Shown here piece by piece: positions 20,752 through 30,388 of a DNA stretch of 50,765 nt; within the stretch, counting starts at the first letter, position 1; the number at the start of each line of letters is the position of its first letter. The DNA comes from Bacteroides caccae (GTDB lineage: Bacteria > Pseudomonadota > Gammaproteobacteria > Burkholderiales > Burkholderiaceae_F). The position numbers and the translations under genes are program-made. The notes under the pieces were generated by a model that made no database searches, was not told where the DNA came from, and saw only the letters and a list, made by a program, of their open reading frames with translations. The DNA is taken from assembly GCA_963590825.1 (NCBI GenBank), contig CAVAQL010000001.1:6151-56915 (forward strand), in the 5' to 3' direction.

Positions 20752-21345
20752 TTAGTTTCTGTCGAGAGCTTTTGTTAGGACAATGTTTTCCCATTCGCTT
20801 TCCAAAACCCAATCGGAATTGCCGCCGATGGTCACTTGAAGGGGTTTGGGAAGTCGGGAAAGGTCGAGGCGCATTCGAGTTTCCGCTAACACGTCGGAAT
20901 GGTTTTCGATGGCATCATTGTCAGCAACAATCCAGCCGCGAATGTTTTTCAAGGGCAAAAGCGCCTGATCGAGCGTATCAAAAGACTGAACAAGACCGTC
21001 GCGTGAGAGGCGAAGTTGCCGCGAAAGCGGACTGTAACTTAGGCGTTGAAGTAAAGTTGAAGTAGCAACTTCTTTATCAAACCAAAGTGTTCGAGGCTTC
21101 AAGAGCCTAAATTCATAGGAAAAATAAAGCGCAATCCCGCGTCTGAGATAGTCTGTTAGAACAGGAGAAAGGTCAAATTCCCAATTTACGCTGAGCTGCA
21201 AACCAGGCGAGGGGCCTTCGGTGATGCGGCGCAGATGGGCGCTCATTAATTGTGCGTCGGCAGAATTTGCGCAAACAAGCCGCGAGCCCGCTAGGGCAAG
21301 TGGTGCAGCCAGTAAGGCGCTACAAAGAGCTCGACGCGAAATCAC
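20752..21345 (-). CDS. DUF4390 exported protein
   Basis: Signal peptide; RLSYSPLSRQ and LDLSRLPKPLQV motifs; conserved position between rsmB and the kinase. Confidence 0.85.
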   Translation of the reverse strand: MISRRALCSALLAAPLALAGSRLVCANSADAQLMSAHLRRITEGPSPGLQLSVNWEFDLSPVLTDYLRRGIALYFSYEFRLLKPRTLWFDKEVATSTLLQRLSYSPLSRQLRLSRDGLVQSFDTLDQALLPLKNIRGWIVADNDAIENHSDVLAETRMRLDLSRLPKPLQVTIGGNSDWVLESEWENIVLTKALDRN

Positions 21346-21348
21346 GAC

Positions 21349-22659
21349 CTATGATCCTTTGACTAGTAAAGCGTAGAAAAATCCATCCGTGATTCGGGGA
21401 AGACCATCGGACCTTTCCTGCGCTACGTCCGCAGGAAGAAGCGTTATCGATGAAGAGAGCCCAGAACCAAGGGGTTTTTCACGTGCATCTTTATGCCGCT
21501 TTAAAAACTCGGCAATTTGGTTTTTTCCTTCTTCTCTAAACACTGAGCATACGACATACAAAAGTCTTCCTCCAAACTTTACAAGGGGCCAGAGGGCTTC
21601 GAGAAGCTTTTTCTGTTGTTTTGCCAACGCTTCGATATCTTCGGGATAACGCAAAAAAGCGATATCGGGATGACGCCGCAAGATGCCACTTGCTGTGCAT
21701 GGGGCATCAAGCAAAATCGCATCAAAACGCTGAGCGTTTGCCCATTGCGCTGGATTGGCTGAGTCGGCGGTAAGTACTGTGGCTTTAAGATTTAATCGAG
21801 TGAGATTTTCCTGAATCCGTTCGGTGCGAGCCTCACTAATCTCGAGCGCAGTAACAGAGGCGTCCGCTAGTTCTAAGAGGTGACAAGTTTTTCCGCCAGG
21901 AGCAGCGCAGGCATCGAGAATCGTTTCTCCATCCTGAGGGTTAAGAAACCGAGCGGCCAATTGGGCCCCAGCATCTTGCACACTTACGATGCCTTCGGAA
22001 AATCCAGGGATTTCGTTTACAGGCAAGGCTTTTTCAATGAGCAATCCATCCTCACCAAGCGTTTGGGCTGAAATTCCCTTTTCTTTCAGTGCGGCGCACC
22101 AGTCTTTCGGGGTGCTTTTGCGGCGATTGACACGCAAAACGAGGCGAGGCGGCTTTTGAGCGAGAAGCAAAAGTTCTTCCGCTTCCTTTTTCCCAATCGA
22201 GGCCTCAAGCTTTTCTATATACCAAAGCGGAGCGTTAAGACGCGCGAGTTCGTCGTGCTCGGCCGCAGAGAGCAACGCCTCTTTTTCTCTGCAAAATCGC
22301 CGCAAACAGGCATTTACAAAGCCACAGGCAGAGCGCAAAGCGGCTTGAGATTTGACGAAATTCACTGTCTCATTAACAAGAGCATAACTTTTCTCGGGGG
22401 CAATGAGAATCTCGCTTAGGCTAAGCATCAGGGTCTGACGAATCGGCTCGGTTGGAGCTCGTGGTGCGAGTTCGGCAATCAGTAAGTCGCAAAGGAAATA
22501 GTGTCGCGTCAAATCGTACAGGATCGCCTGCAGGGCAGGACGGAGCTCTTTTCTGTCTCTTAGGCTAGCGGCAATGGCATTATCAAGCGTTTCTCCCGAT
22601 TCAAACCGAGATAGCGCGACGATGGCATGCGAAAGTAAATTCGAGAAAGAAAGACTCAT
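21349..22659 (-). CDS. rsmB: 16S rRNA m5C967 methyltransferase
   Basis: SVQDAGAQ, LDACAAPGGKT, LDAPCTASGILRRHPD, DGFFYA. Confidence 0.95.
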   Translation of the reverse strand: MSLSFSNLLSHAIVALSRFESGETLDNAIAASLRDRKELRPALQAILYDLTRHYFLCDLLIAELAPRAPTEPIRQTLMLSLSEILIAPEKSYALVNETVNFVKSQAALRSACGFVNACLRRFCREKEALLSAAEHDELARLNAPLWYIEKLEASIGKKEAEELLLLAQKPPRLVLRVNRRKSTPKDWCAALKEKGISAQTLGEDGLLIEKALPVNEIPGFSEGIVSVQDAGAQLAARFLNPQDGETILDACAAPGGKTCHLLELADASVTALEISEARTERIQENLTRLNLKATVLTADSANPAQWANAQRFDAILLDAPCTASGILRRHPDIAFLRYPEDIEALAKQQKKLLEALWPLVKFGGRLLYVVCSVFREEGKNQIAEFLKRHKDAREKPLGSGLSSSITLLPADVAQERSDGLPRITDGFFYALLVKGS

Positions 22660-23612
22660 TGCAACAAATCCCCTTCAGTGATGGGGAAGCTCTGTAAGAA
22701 GGGTTCCACATCCATCACGGGTTTGCCAGCTTTTTGTAACTTAAGACATTCAATGGCGCCTTCTGCGCAAGCAATGACGAGTTTCTTTTTTGCACAAAGG
22801 ACGGTGCCAGGGACTCCGTTTGCGTTAACGGTGCGAACCGCACGAATCTTGAAGACTTCTCCGTGTAAGCTGGTTTGTAATCCTGGGAAAGGATAAAAGG
22901 CGCGCGAGCGGCGCTCTAAGACAGATGCTGGCAAATTCCAATTGATTTGGGATTCTGTTTTAAGAATCTTTTTGGCGTATGTGGCATCAGTCTCATCCTG
23001 ATTGCTAAGGGTAAGCTCATCGATTCGTTTGAGGGCTTCAACAATGGCTTTGCCGCCAAGCTCTGTGAGTTTTTCTGTTAGGGATTGCGCTGTATCGGTA
23101 TCGGAAATTTCCAACTCTTTTCTTAAAAGAACAGGTCCCGTGTCAAGGCCTTCCTGCATTTGCATAATGCAAATGCCAGTTTTCTTGTCTCCTGCTTCGA
23201 TAGCGCGTTGAATCGGGGCGGCTCCCCTCCAGCGGGGCAAAAGAGAGGCGTGAATGTTAATCGAACGAACGTTAATTGTTTTGCCAATGCCACGGGCGGC
23301 ATTCAGAGCTCTTAAGGGGAGGATAAGACCATAGGCAGCAACGATAAGCGCATCAACTTTCGCAGCTTCTAAGCGGCTAAGAGTGACTTCAGCTCCTTCG
23401 GGATCTTTTGTGATTGAGAGTGTTTTCGGTGAGATAACGTCAATGCCGTGCGCGAGCGCCACTTCTTTTACGGGCGAAGCTTTCAGTTTCATGCCTCGTC
23501 CGCTCGGACGATCGGGTTGCGTCAAAACAAGTGGGATGTCGTAGCCTGCCTCAATCAGAGAGTGTAGGGCGTAAGCAGCAAACTCAGGCGTGCCAGCAAA
23601 AGCGATGCGCAT
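22656..23612 (-). CDS. fmt: Methionyl-tRNA formyltransferase
   Basis: MRIAFAGTPEFA, TQPDRPSGRG, NIHASLLPRWRGAAPIQRAI, GLDTGP. Confidence 0.97.
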   Translation of the reverse strand: MRIAFAGTPEFAAYALHSLIEAGYDIPLVLTQPDRPSGRGMKLKASPVKEVALAHGIDVISPKTLSITKDPEGAEVTLSRLEAAKVDALIVAAYGLILPLRALNAARGIGKTINVRSINIHASLLPRWRGAAPIQRAIEAGDKKTGICIMQMQEGLDTGPVLLRKELEISDTDTAQSLTEKLTELGGKAIVEALKRIDELTLSNQDETDATYAKKILKTESQINWNLPASVLERRSRAFYPFPGLQTSLHGEVFKIRAVRTVNANGVPGTVLCAKKKLVIACAEGAIECLKLQKAGKPVMDVEPFLQSFPITEGDLLQ

Positions 23613-23689
23613 AGAAATCCTTCTCAAATATAATTGCAAGCGTTTGAATTTTACTGCCTACTTTAGATTTTTCGAGAAAGAGAAGCGCT

Positions 23690-24577
23690 TTGAATCGTAC
23701 CTGCCGTTTAGCCTTTAAAGAGTATGGCGACCCGACATTGCCAACGATTGTTTTACTCATGGGGCTTGGGATGCCTTCTCTTGCGTGGCCCGAATCCTTT
23801 ATTCGAACGCTAGTTCGGCAGGGACTTCATGTGATTGCTCCCGATAACCGCGATTGTGGAGAAAGTGAGCATAGCGACGAGAAAATATCCCTTTTCCGAT
23901 TGATAAAGTCAGCAACGTTTGCCCTGTTTGGTCGCGCCCTTAAGGCCCCCTACGATATTGACGATATGGCCTCTGACGTAGAGGCTCTTTTGAATCAAAA
24001 AGGGATTGAACGCGTTCATATTGCAGGATTTTCTTTGGGGGGCATGATTGCCCAGGCGTTTGCCTTGCGAGCGCCTCATCGAACGATTTCTTTGACGTGT
24101 ATGTCAACTGCGAGCGGAAATCCTAAAATGTTTTTAGGTAGCACGCGGGCAATCCTTGGGATTCTGAGTCAGTGTAGGCCATCGCCAAGCAATGAGGCTA
24201 GCTACAAGAAGTTTCTTAAGTTACTTAAAAGCATCGGAAGCCCTCAAGAGTCCTATAGCCAAGTCGAGAAGGCACGCTTGTTTCAGGTGCTTAAGAATGC
24301 CAATGTCTCGGAGCAAACCGTGCGTCGCCAATTGATGGCGATTTTTGCGGGAGGTTCACGCACAAAGCAACTCAAGCAACTCGTGATGCCAACACTGATT
24401 ATCCACGGAAAAAAGGATTGTTTAATTCCACTTCGTGCCGCAGAAGAACTCCAACGCACCATTGAGGGCGCCCAACTTGTGAGTGTTCAAGGGATGGGGC
24501 ACGATATTCCAGAGACTTTTGTCGAGGAAATCGCTTTAGCTATTGCGCGGCACTGTTATAGCGGCGTTTTGCGCTAG
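23690..24577 (+). CDS. Alpha/beta-fold hydrolase (esterase-like)
   Basis: MGLG oxyanion loop, DNRDCG, GFSLGG nucleophile elbow, HGKKD, GMGHD; TTG start. Confidence 0.88.
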   Translation: MNRTCRLAFKEYGDPTLPTIVLLMGLGMPSLAWPESFIRTLVRQGLHVIAPDNRDCGESEHSDEKISLFRLIKSATFALFGRALKAPYDIDDMASDVEALLNQKGIERVHIAGFSLGGMIAQAFALRAPHRTISLTCMSTASGNPKMFLGSTRAILGILSQCRPSPSNEASYKKFLKLLKSIGSPQESYSQVEKARLFQVLKNANVSEQTVRRQLMAIFAGGSRTKQLKQLVMPTLIIHGKKDCLIPLRAAEELQRTIEGAQLVSVQGMGHDIPETFVEEIALAIARHCYSGVLR

Positions 24578-25104
24578 GACGATGGGTGCTTTTTCTCACG
24601 AGCCTTTTCTTTACGCAATTTGGCTAATTTGGCAACAGCACGGCTTCTTTTGAGTAAGCTCAAATGATCGATAAAGACGTGTCCGTCTAAGTGATCGACC
24701 TCGTGTTGTACGCAGACAGCTAAAAGTCCTTCGCAGTCGAACTCGCACGGTTTTCCTTCTAAATCAAAGGCCGAAACGTGAACTTTGGCTGGACGACGGA
24801 TTTTTTCTGTTAAGTCAGGTAAAGATAAACACCCTTCTTCGCCCTCGATGGTTTCGTCTGTGAGGGCAACAACGGTTGGGTTGACTAGGGTAAGGAGTTG
24901 ATTTTTCTCATCGGAAATATCGATGACAACGAGGCGTAAAGAGATCCCAACTTGGGGCGCGGCTAGTCCAACGCCAGGAGCTTTGTACATGGTTTCAGCC
25001 ATGTTGGTAGCTAGCGTTTTGAGGCTTTCATCAAAATGACTGACAGGTAAGGCTTTCTTAGCCAGGATTTCAGCTGGATACTCAACAATGGGCAGTACAG
25101 CCAC
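24574..25104 (-). CDS. def: Peptide deformylase
   Basis: GVGLAAPQVG, EGCLS, QHEVDHLDG. Confidence 0.97.
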   Translation of the reverse strand: MAVLPIVEYPAEILAKKALPVSHFDESLKTLATNMAETMYKAPGVGLAAPQVGISLRLVVIDISDEKNQLLTLVNPTVVALTDETIEGEEGCLSLPDLTEKIRRPAKVHVSAFDLEGKPCEFDCEGLLAVCVQHEVDHLDGHVFIDHLSLLKRSRAVAKLAKLRKEKAREKKHPSS

Positions 25105-25408
25105 GGTTAGAACTCCGAGTAAATAGACAAATCTTTCGCGTGGCGAAGTTTAGCGAGTTCTGAGTGCGATGGAAGAAAGTAATTTATGGCAATGTTTGCG
25201 AAAAAGTAACGAGGTTCGAGCAATGCCACGATAACCCAACGGGAAGGAGGGGCGAAAGGAAACATTGAAAAGAAAGAAAAAATGAAATCTGCGAGGCCTT
25301 AACGTTTCTTTTTCTAAAAAGTGTGGTTATTCTATAAAAAAGAAAGGCGCCCAAAAAATGGCGTCACAAGATTGAAAGGGAAAGACCTATTTCCCTTTAG
25401 GGAGAAAC

Positions 25409-27916
25409 ATGACCAAATTAATTATCGCCGAGAAACCCTCGGTCGCGACCGATATTGCCCGCGTCTTAGGGGGAATGAAAAAGAAAGGCGATTACTACGA
25501 AGGAAACGGCTGGATTGTTGCGAATGCGTTAGGACATCTTTTGGAACTTTCCTGCCCGGAAAAATACGAAGTAAAGCGCGGCAAGTGGACCTTTAGTCAC
25601 TTGCCTGTTTTGCCTCCGAGCTTTGATTTAAAACCGATTGCAAAAACTAAGGAAAAGCTCAAAAGCTTAGCGAAGCTCATTTCTCGAGCCGATGTGGACA
25701 CGATTGTGAACGCCTGTGATGCTGGACGCGAGGGCGAGCTTATCTTCCGCTACATCATGCAGGCGACGAAGGCGAAAAAGAAGATTGAACGTCTTTGGCT
25801 TCAGTCGATGACGCCAGGTTCAATCAAAGACGCGTTTAACCACTTAAGAACCGACGAGCAGATGCAAAAGCTAGCGGACGCGGCACGCTCGCGCTCTGAG
25901 GCAGACTGGCTTGTCGGTATCAATGGTACGCGAGCCATGACGGCCTTTAATAGTCTCGATGGCGGCTTTTTCTTAACAACAGTCGGCCGCGTCCAAACGC
26001 CGACTTTGGCTATCGTGGTGCGTCGCGAAAACGAGATTCACAACTTTGTTCCAGAAAAATACTGGGAAATTGAAGCTACGTTTTCCTTGGGAAATACGAC
26101 CTATACGGGCCGCTGGTTTGATCCGAAATTCAAAAAAGACGCGAAAAATCCAGAAAAACGTGCTGAACGGATTTTCGATGGCGAAAAAGCCAAAGCCATT
26201 TGTGAAAGCGTTAAAGGAAAGGCAGGAACGGTTGAAGAATCCGCTAAGCGCACAACGAGCTTACCAGCGCAGCTTTTTGACCTAACGTCACTACAGCGAG
26301 AAGCGAACAATCGGTTTGGGTTCTCAGCGAAAACGACGCTTTCGATTGCTCAAGCTCTTTATGAAAAGCACAAGGCACTTACGTATCCGAGAACAGATTC
26401 TCGTGTATTGCCTGAAGACTATGTACCGACGGTCTATAAGACCTTGGCGATGCTTTCTTCGAATGCGGACGTGGGCCATTTTGCAGACCGTGTCGTCTCT
26501 GGTAAATGGGTTCGTTTAAGTAAACGCGTTTTTGATAACGCCAAAATTAGCGACCACTTTGCGATTATCCCGACGCTACTCGCGCCAAAGTCAGCTCTAA
26601 CCGAGGCAGAAAAGAAGATTTATGAGCTTGTTTTAAAACGGTTTATTTCGGTTTTCTTTCCCGCGGCCGAATACGATGTCACCACACGGATTACGACAGT
26701 GGGGCAAGAGCACTTTAAGACGGAAGACAAGATTCTTGTCAATCCTGGCTGGCTCGAAGTCTATGGAAAAGAGGGGATCGACAGCTCTTTGGCAACCAAG
26801 GGCTTAGATAAGGAGAAGCTAGCCCAAGTCAAAGATGTGAAGAAGATTGACTGCGAAACGAAACCCCCAGCTCGTTACACGGAAGCGACGCTTTTATCTG
26901 CGATGGAAGGAGCCGGACGCCTTGTTGACGACGATGATTTGCGCGAAGCGATGGCTGAAAAAGGTCTTGGTACCCCTGCAACACGTGCGGCGATTATCGA
27001 AAATCTCATCGATCAGAACTATATGCGTCGCGAGGGTCGTGATTTGGTTCCAAGCGCTAAAGCCAAGCAACTCTTTACCTTAATTGAGGGATTAGGCATT
27101 GGAGTTTTATCCAATCCTGCTTTAACAGGGGAATGGGAATACAAACTCTCGCAAATCGAGAAAGGCAAACTCAAGCGCGTCGATTTCATGCGTGAAATTC
27201 GTGAAATGACAACACATATTGTCGAAATGGCCAAGCAATACGAGGGTGACACGGTTCCTGTGGAAAATCCCGTCCATTTGCAGCACCGTTGCCCGAAGTG
27301 TGGAGGAGAGGTCGTCGAAAACTACCGCCGCTATGCCTGTACAAATCCGAAGTGTGACTTCAGTTTGCCTAAGCACCCAGGGGGACGCACCTTTGAAGTG
27401 AGCGAAGTGGAAACACTTTTGGAGAAAGGCGTTGTTGGTCCATTAACGGGATTCATCAGTAAGTTAGGGCGTCCGTATGCGGCTGTGCTCAAATTAAATG
27501 ACGAGAAAAAAATCGAGTTTGATTTCGGGCAGGAAGAAAAAGCCAAAGAAGAGGAGGATGTCTCGGATTTGCCCGTTGTCGGAACGTGTCCGAAGTGTGG
27601 TGGTCGAATCCTTGAAGGCGCGACAGCGTATTTTTGTGAGAACACAAAAGATAAGCAAACGTGCGACTTCCGCTGTGGTCGTGTGATTTTGCAGCAGCCT
27701 GTTTCCCTGCAAGAATTTCAAAAGATTCTTACAGAGAAAAAGAGTTCACTCCTAATGGGCTTCGTTAGCAATCGCACGCATCGAAAGTTCAAGGCCTATC
27801 TCGTCTTAGATTCAAAAACGGGAAAGATTGCTTTTGAATTCCAAGAGCGAAAGAAGGCCGAACCGAAAGCCACGACAAAGGCTGCAACGCGTAAAAGAAA
27901 AACAACAAAAGCCTAG
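25409..27916 (+). CDS. topB: DNA topoisomerase III (type IA) with C-terminal Zn-ribbon repeats
   Basis: IAEKPSVA, DAGREGELIF, GRVQTPTL, TYPRTDS, GLGTPATRAAIIE; CPKCGG repeats. Confidence 0.95.
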   Translation: MTKLIIAEKPSVATDIARVLGGMKKKGDYYEGNGWIVANALGHLLELSCPEKYEVKRGKWTFSHLPVLPPSFDLKPIAKTKEKLKSLAKLISRADVDTIVNACDAGREGELIFRYIMQATKAKKKIERLWLQSMTPGSIKDAFNHLRTDEQMQKLADAARSRSEADWLVGINGTRAMTAFNSLDGGFFLTTVGRVQTPTLAIVVRRENEIHNFVPEKYWEIEATFSLGNTTYTGRWFDPKFKKDAKNPEKRAERIFDGEKAKAICESVKGKAGTVEESAKRTTSLPAQLFDLTSLQREANNRFGFSAKTTLSIAQALYEKHKALTYPRTDSRVLPEDYVPTVYKTLAMLSSNADVGHFADRVVSGKWVRLSKRVFDNAKISDHFAIIPTLLAPKSALTEAEKKIYELVLKRFISVFFPAAEYDVTTRITTVGQEHFKTEDKILVNPGWLEVYGKEGIDSSLATKGLDKEKLAQVKDVKKIDCETKPPARYTEATLLSAMEGAGRLVDDDDLREAMAEKGLGTPATRAAIIENLIDQNYMRREGRDLVPSAKAKQLFTLIEGLGIGVLSNPALTGEWEYKLSQIEKGKLKRVDFMREIREMTTHIVEMAKQYEGDTVPVENPVHLQHRCPKCGGEVVENYRRYACTNPKCDFSLPKHPGGRTFEVSEVETLLEKGVVGPLTGFISKLGRPYAAVLKLNDEKKIEFDFGQEEKAKEEEDVSDLPVVGTCPKCGGRILEGATAYFCENTKDKQTCDFRCGRVILQQPVSLQEFQKILTEKKSSLLMGFVSNRTHRKFKAYLVLDSKTGKIAFEFQERKKAEPKATTKAATRKRKTTKA

Positions 27917-27935
27917 AAAAGCACTAGGTTTAATG

Positions 27936-27989
27936 ACGTGGCACTTTTAGCTTAAGACAAAAGTTAGGCGAGAAGTGTCACGTTTTTTT
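27936..27989 (+). terminator. Intrinsic terminator after topB
   Basis: ACGTGGCACTT...AAGTGTCACGT outer stem, inner GCTTAA/TTAGGC stem, followed by a T-run. Confidence 0.7.
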
Positions 27990-28074
27990 GTTTTCAAATG
28001 GACGACGAACAATAAGTTATGTTACGTTCTCGCTGTTTTTCTTCATCATTTTTTATCAGAGGAGCTTTTTTGCC

Positions 28075-29091
28075 ATGAAATTAAACGCCATATCTGTCGC
28101 TGTAGCTTTGTCAGCCGCCTCGCTTTGCGTACACGCAGGAGCCGTGCTTGACGCAGTTAAAGCTCGCGGCCATGTCATTTGCGGCGTCAACACGGCAGCG
28201 CCGGGCTTCTCCGCGGCGGACTCTCAGGGACGCTGGAGCGGATTGGATGTCGACACGTGTCGCGCAACGGCAGCTGCTGTTTTGGGCGATGCCAGCAAAG
28301 TCAAATTCGTCCCGCTTTCTTCTCCGCAGCGTTTTACAGCGCTTCAATCTGGGGAAATCGACGTCTTAGCACGTAACACAACGTGGTCTTTGACTCGTGA
28401 TGCAAGTTTGGGTGTTGTTTTTGCCGCAATTAACTACTACGACGGTCAGGGTTTCCTTGTTCCAAAGAGCTTAAAGGTCTCGAGCGCCAAGAAACTCAAT
28501 GGCGCCACAATCTGTGTGCAGTCTGGAACGAGTTCGGTGCAGGCGCTTGCTGACTACTTTACAGCCAACAAGATGAAGTACAAGCCCGTGATGTTCGATA
28601 CGACTGAGGCCACGCAGAGCGCCTTCTTGTCGGGTCGTTGCCAGGCGTATACAACGGATATGAGCGACTTAGCTGGTGCGCGTACTCGTGCCCGTAACCC
28701 CAATGATTACGTCATCTTGCCAGAAACCATTTCCAAGGAGCCTTTGGGACCCTCTGTTCGTCGTGGTGATGACGAATGGTTCCAGATTGTGCGTTGGTCG
28801 TTTTACGCGATGGTCGAAGCCGAAGAAAACGGCTTGACACGTGCCAACGTTGATCAGGCTCGCGCCACAAGCAAGAACCCGCAGATTATGCGTCTTGTTG
28901 GAACGGGCGATGACGCAGGTAAGCTTCTTGGCTTAGACAAAGATTGGTCTTATCGCATCATCAAGCAGGTCGGCAACTACGGAGAAAGTTGGACAGCGAA
29001 CTTTGGTCCGAAGACGCCTCTTAACTTGCCGCGTGCATTGAACAATCTTTGGACAAATGGCGGCTTGATGTTTGCCCCGCCAATCCGCTAA
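28075..29091 (+). CDS. aapJ: General L-amino acid ABC transporter substrate-binding protein (AapJ/BztA)
   Basis: Signal peptide; RFTALQSGEIDVLARNTTW, YYDGQGF, ISKEPLGP, VGNYGE, LWTNGGLMFAPPIR. Confidence 0.92.
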   Translation: MKLNAISVAVALSAASLCVHAGAVLDAVKARGHVICGVNTAAPGFSAADSQGRWSGLDVDTCRATAAAVLGDASKVKFVPLSSPQRFTALQSGEIDVLARNTTWSLTRDASLGVVFAAINYYDGQGFLVPKSLKVSSAKKLNGATICVQSGTSSVQALADYFTANKMKYKPVMFDTTEATQSAFLSGRCQAYTTDMSDLAGARTRARNPNDYVILPETISKEPLGPSVRRGDDEWFQIVRWSFYAMVEAEENGLTRANVDQARATSKNPQIMRLVGTGDDAGKLLGLDKDWSYRIIKQVGNYGESWTANFGPKTPLNLPRALNNLWTNGGLMFAPPIR

Positions 29092-29121
29092 ATCGAACGA
29101 TTTAGGTTGACGAAAAAGAGC

Positions 29122-29164
29122 CCCGCACAGTTGAAAAGCAATTTGTGCGGGAATTTCTTCTTTT
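29122..29164 (+). terminator. Stem-loop after aapJ (terminator or mRNA stabiliser)
   Basis: CCCGCACAGTTG-aaaag-CAATTTGTGCGGG followed by a T-rich tail. Confidence 0.6.
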
Positions 29165-29212
29165 GGTCTCCCTCTATAATGCCCACTCCCGTTGGATTGG
29201 AGTTTACTTTTT

Positions 29213-30388
29213 ATGAAGGCGCAAGCACTGGCGCAAACAATCGGTGATGAAGCTTGGCGACGACGTGAATCAGCACGGCGCCGCAAGGAGTGGCTGATTC
29301 AAATTCTCGCGATTGTTGCTCTTGCCTTTATCGTTTATGCGCTTTCAGAAAACGTCACGCAAAACTTAGCGGCTCGCCATATTCGTAGTGGCTTTAAGTT
29401 TTTAGTCAATTCGGCTGGTTTTGATATCGGAGAATCTCTTTTCCCTTTCCAGTCAACTGATGCTATGTGGCATGCGTTTGTCATCGGCATGGCCAACACA
29501 ATTCGGATTTCAATCTTCTCAATTATCACAGCGCTTGTTTTAGGCGTAATCGTTGGATTGATGCGCTTAGCCGAGCACCCCGTATGGCGCTTTTTAGGAA
29601 CAGCGCACGTTGAGATTTATCGAAATATTCCTCTCATTATTCAGCTTTTTGCCATCTACCTTGTGATTACCGAATTGCTTCCGATGTCAACGAGCCCCTT
29701 GCATTTTGGGCAGTGGGCACTTTTGTCGAAAGCCGGTTTGCAGATTGCCGTTCCAAGTCAAGGAACCTTGGCGTTAGTGTTCTCTTTTGTCATCGCCATC
29801 CTCGTACTTTTCCTTGTGCGTGAGATGCTTCTAAGACGCTTAACAGAGCTTGTTGCAGGGCTTTTTGGTATTGGGGCAGGACTCATTGCTTTCTTGGCTA
29901 CCTGGGTTGGATTTGGTTTTGTCGGTAGCTGGAGTAAGCCCTATATCGATGGCTTTGCAATCGAAGGGGGTGCGGCGTTAAGCCCAGAATTTTTGGCATT
30001 GTGGATTGGATTAACGCTTTTTACCTCAGCCTCAATCGCTGAAATCGTACGTGCGGGTGTTCTTGCTGTGCCGCGGGGTCAGTGGAATGGTGCGTTGTCA
30101 CTGGGTATGACAAAGACGCAGGTCGTAAGTTACATCATTTTCCCGCAGTCCATGCGTTTGGCAATTCCGCCTTTGGCAAGCCAATTTATGAACTTGACGA
30201 AGAATTCGTCTCTTGCTGTTGTCATTGGCTACCCAGAGCTTGTTGCTGTTGGCAATATGTCAATTAATTCGACAGGGCAAGCGCTCGAAGTCATTGTCAT
30301 CATTATGGCCGTGTACTTAGTCTTGAACTTAATTATTAGCGTGTGCATGAATGCATTGAATGCGCGCGTACTACGGGCGCCGCGATGA
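29213..30388 (+). CDS. aapQ: Amino acid ABC transporter permease (AapQ/BztB)
   Basis: AGFDIGE, RNIPLIIQL, AEIVRAG, NLTKNSSLAVVIGYPEL. Confidence 0.9.
   Translation: MKAQALAQTIGDEAWRRRESARRRKEWLIQILAIVALAFIVYALSENVTQNLAARHIRSGFKFLVNSAGFDIGESLFPFQSTDAMWHAFVIGMANTIRISIFSIITALVLGVIVGLMRLAEHPVWRFLGTAHVEIYRNIPLIIQLFAIYLVITELLPMSTSPLHFGQWALLSKAGLQIAVPSQGTLALVFSFVIAILVLFLVREMLLRRLTELVAGLFGIGAGLIAFLATWVGFGFVGSWSKPYIDGFAIEGGAALSPEFLALWIGLTLFTSASIAEIVRAGVLAVPRGQWNGALSLGMTKTQVVSYIIFPQSMRLAIPPLASQFMNLTKNSSLAVVIGYPELVAVGNMSINSTGQALEVIVIIMAVYLVLNLIISVCMNALNARVLRAPR

Noticed and set aside
13709..27940. Identical 12-mer TTTAATGACGTG at 13709 and 27929, both intergenic
   Set aside because: Many 12-mer matches are expected by chance in 50 kb, and one copy is part of a terminator stem.
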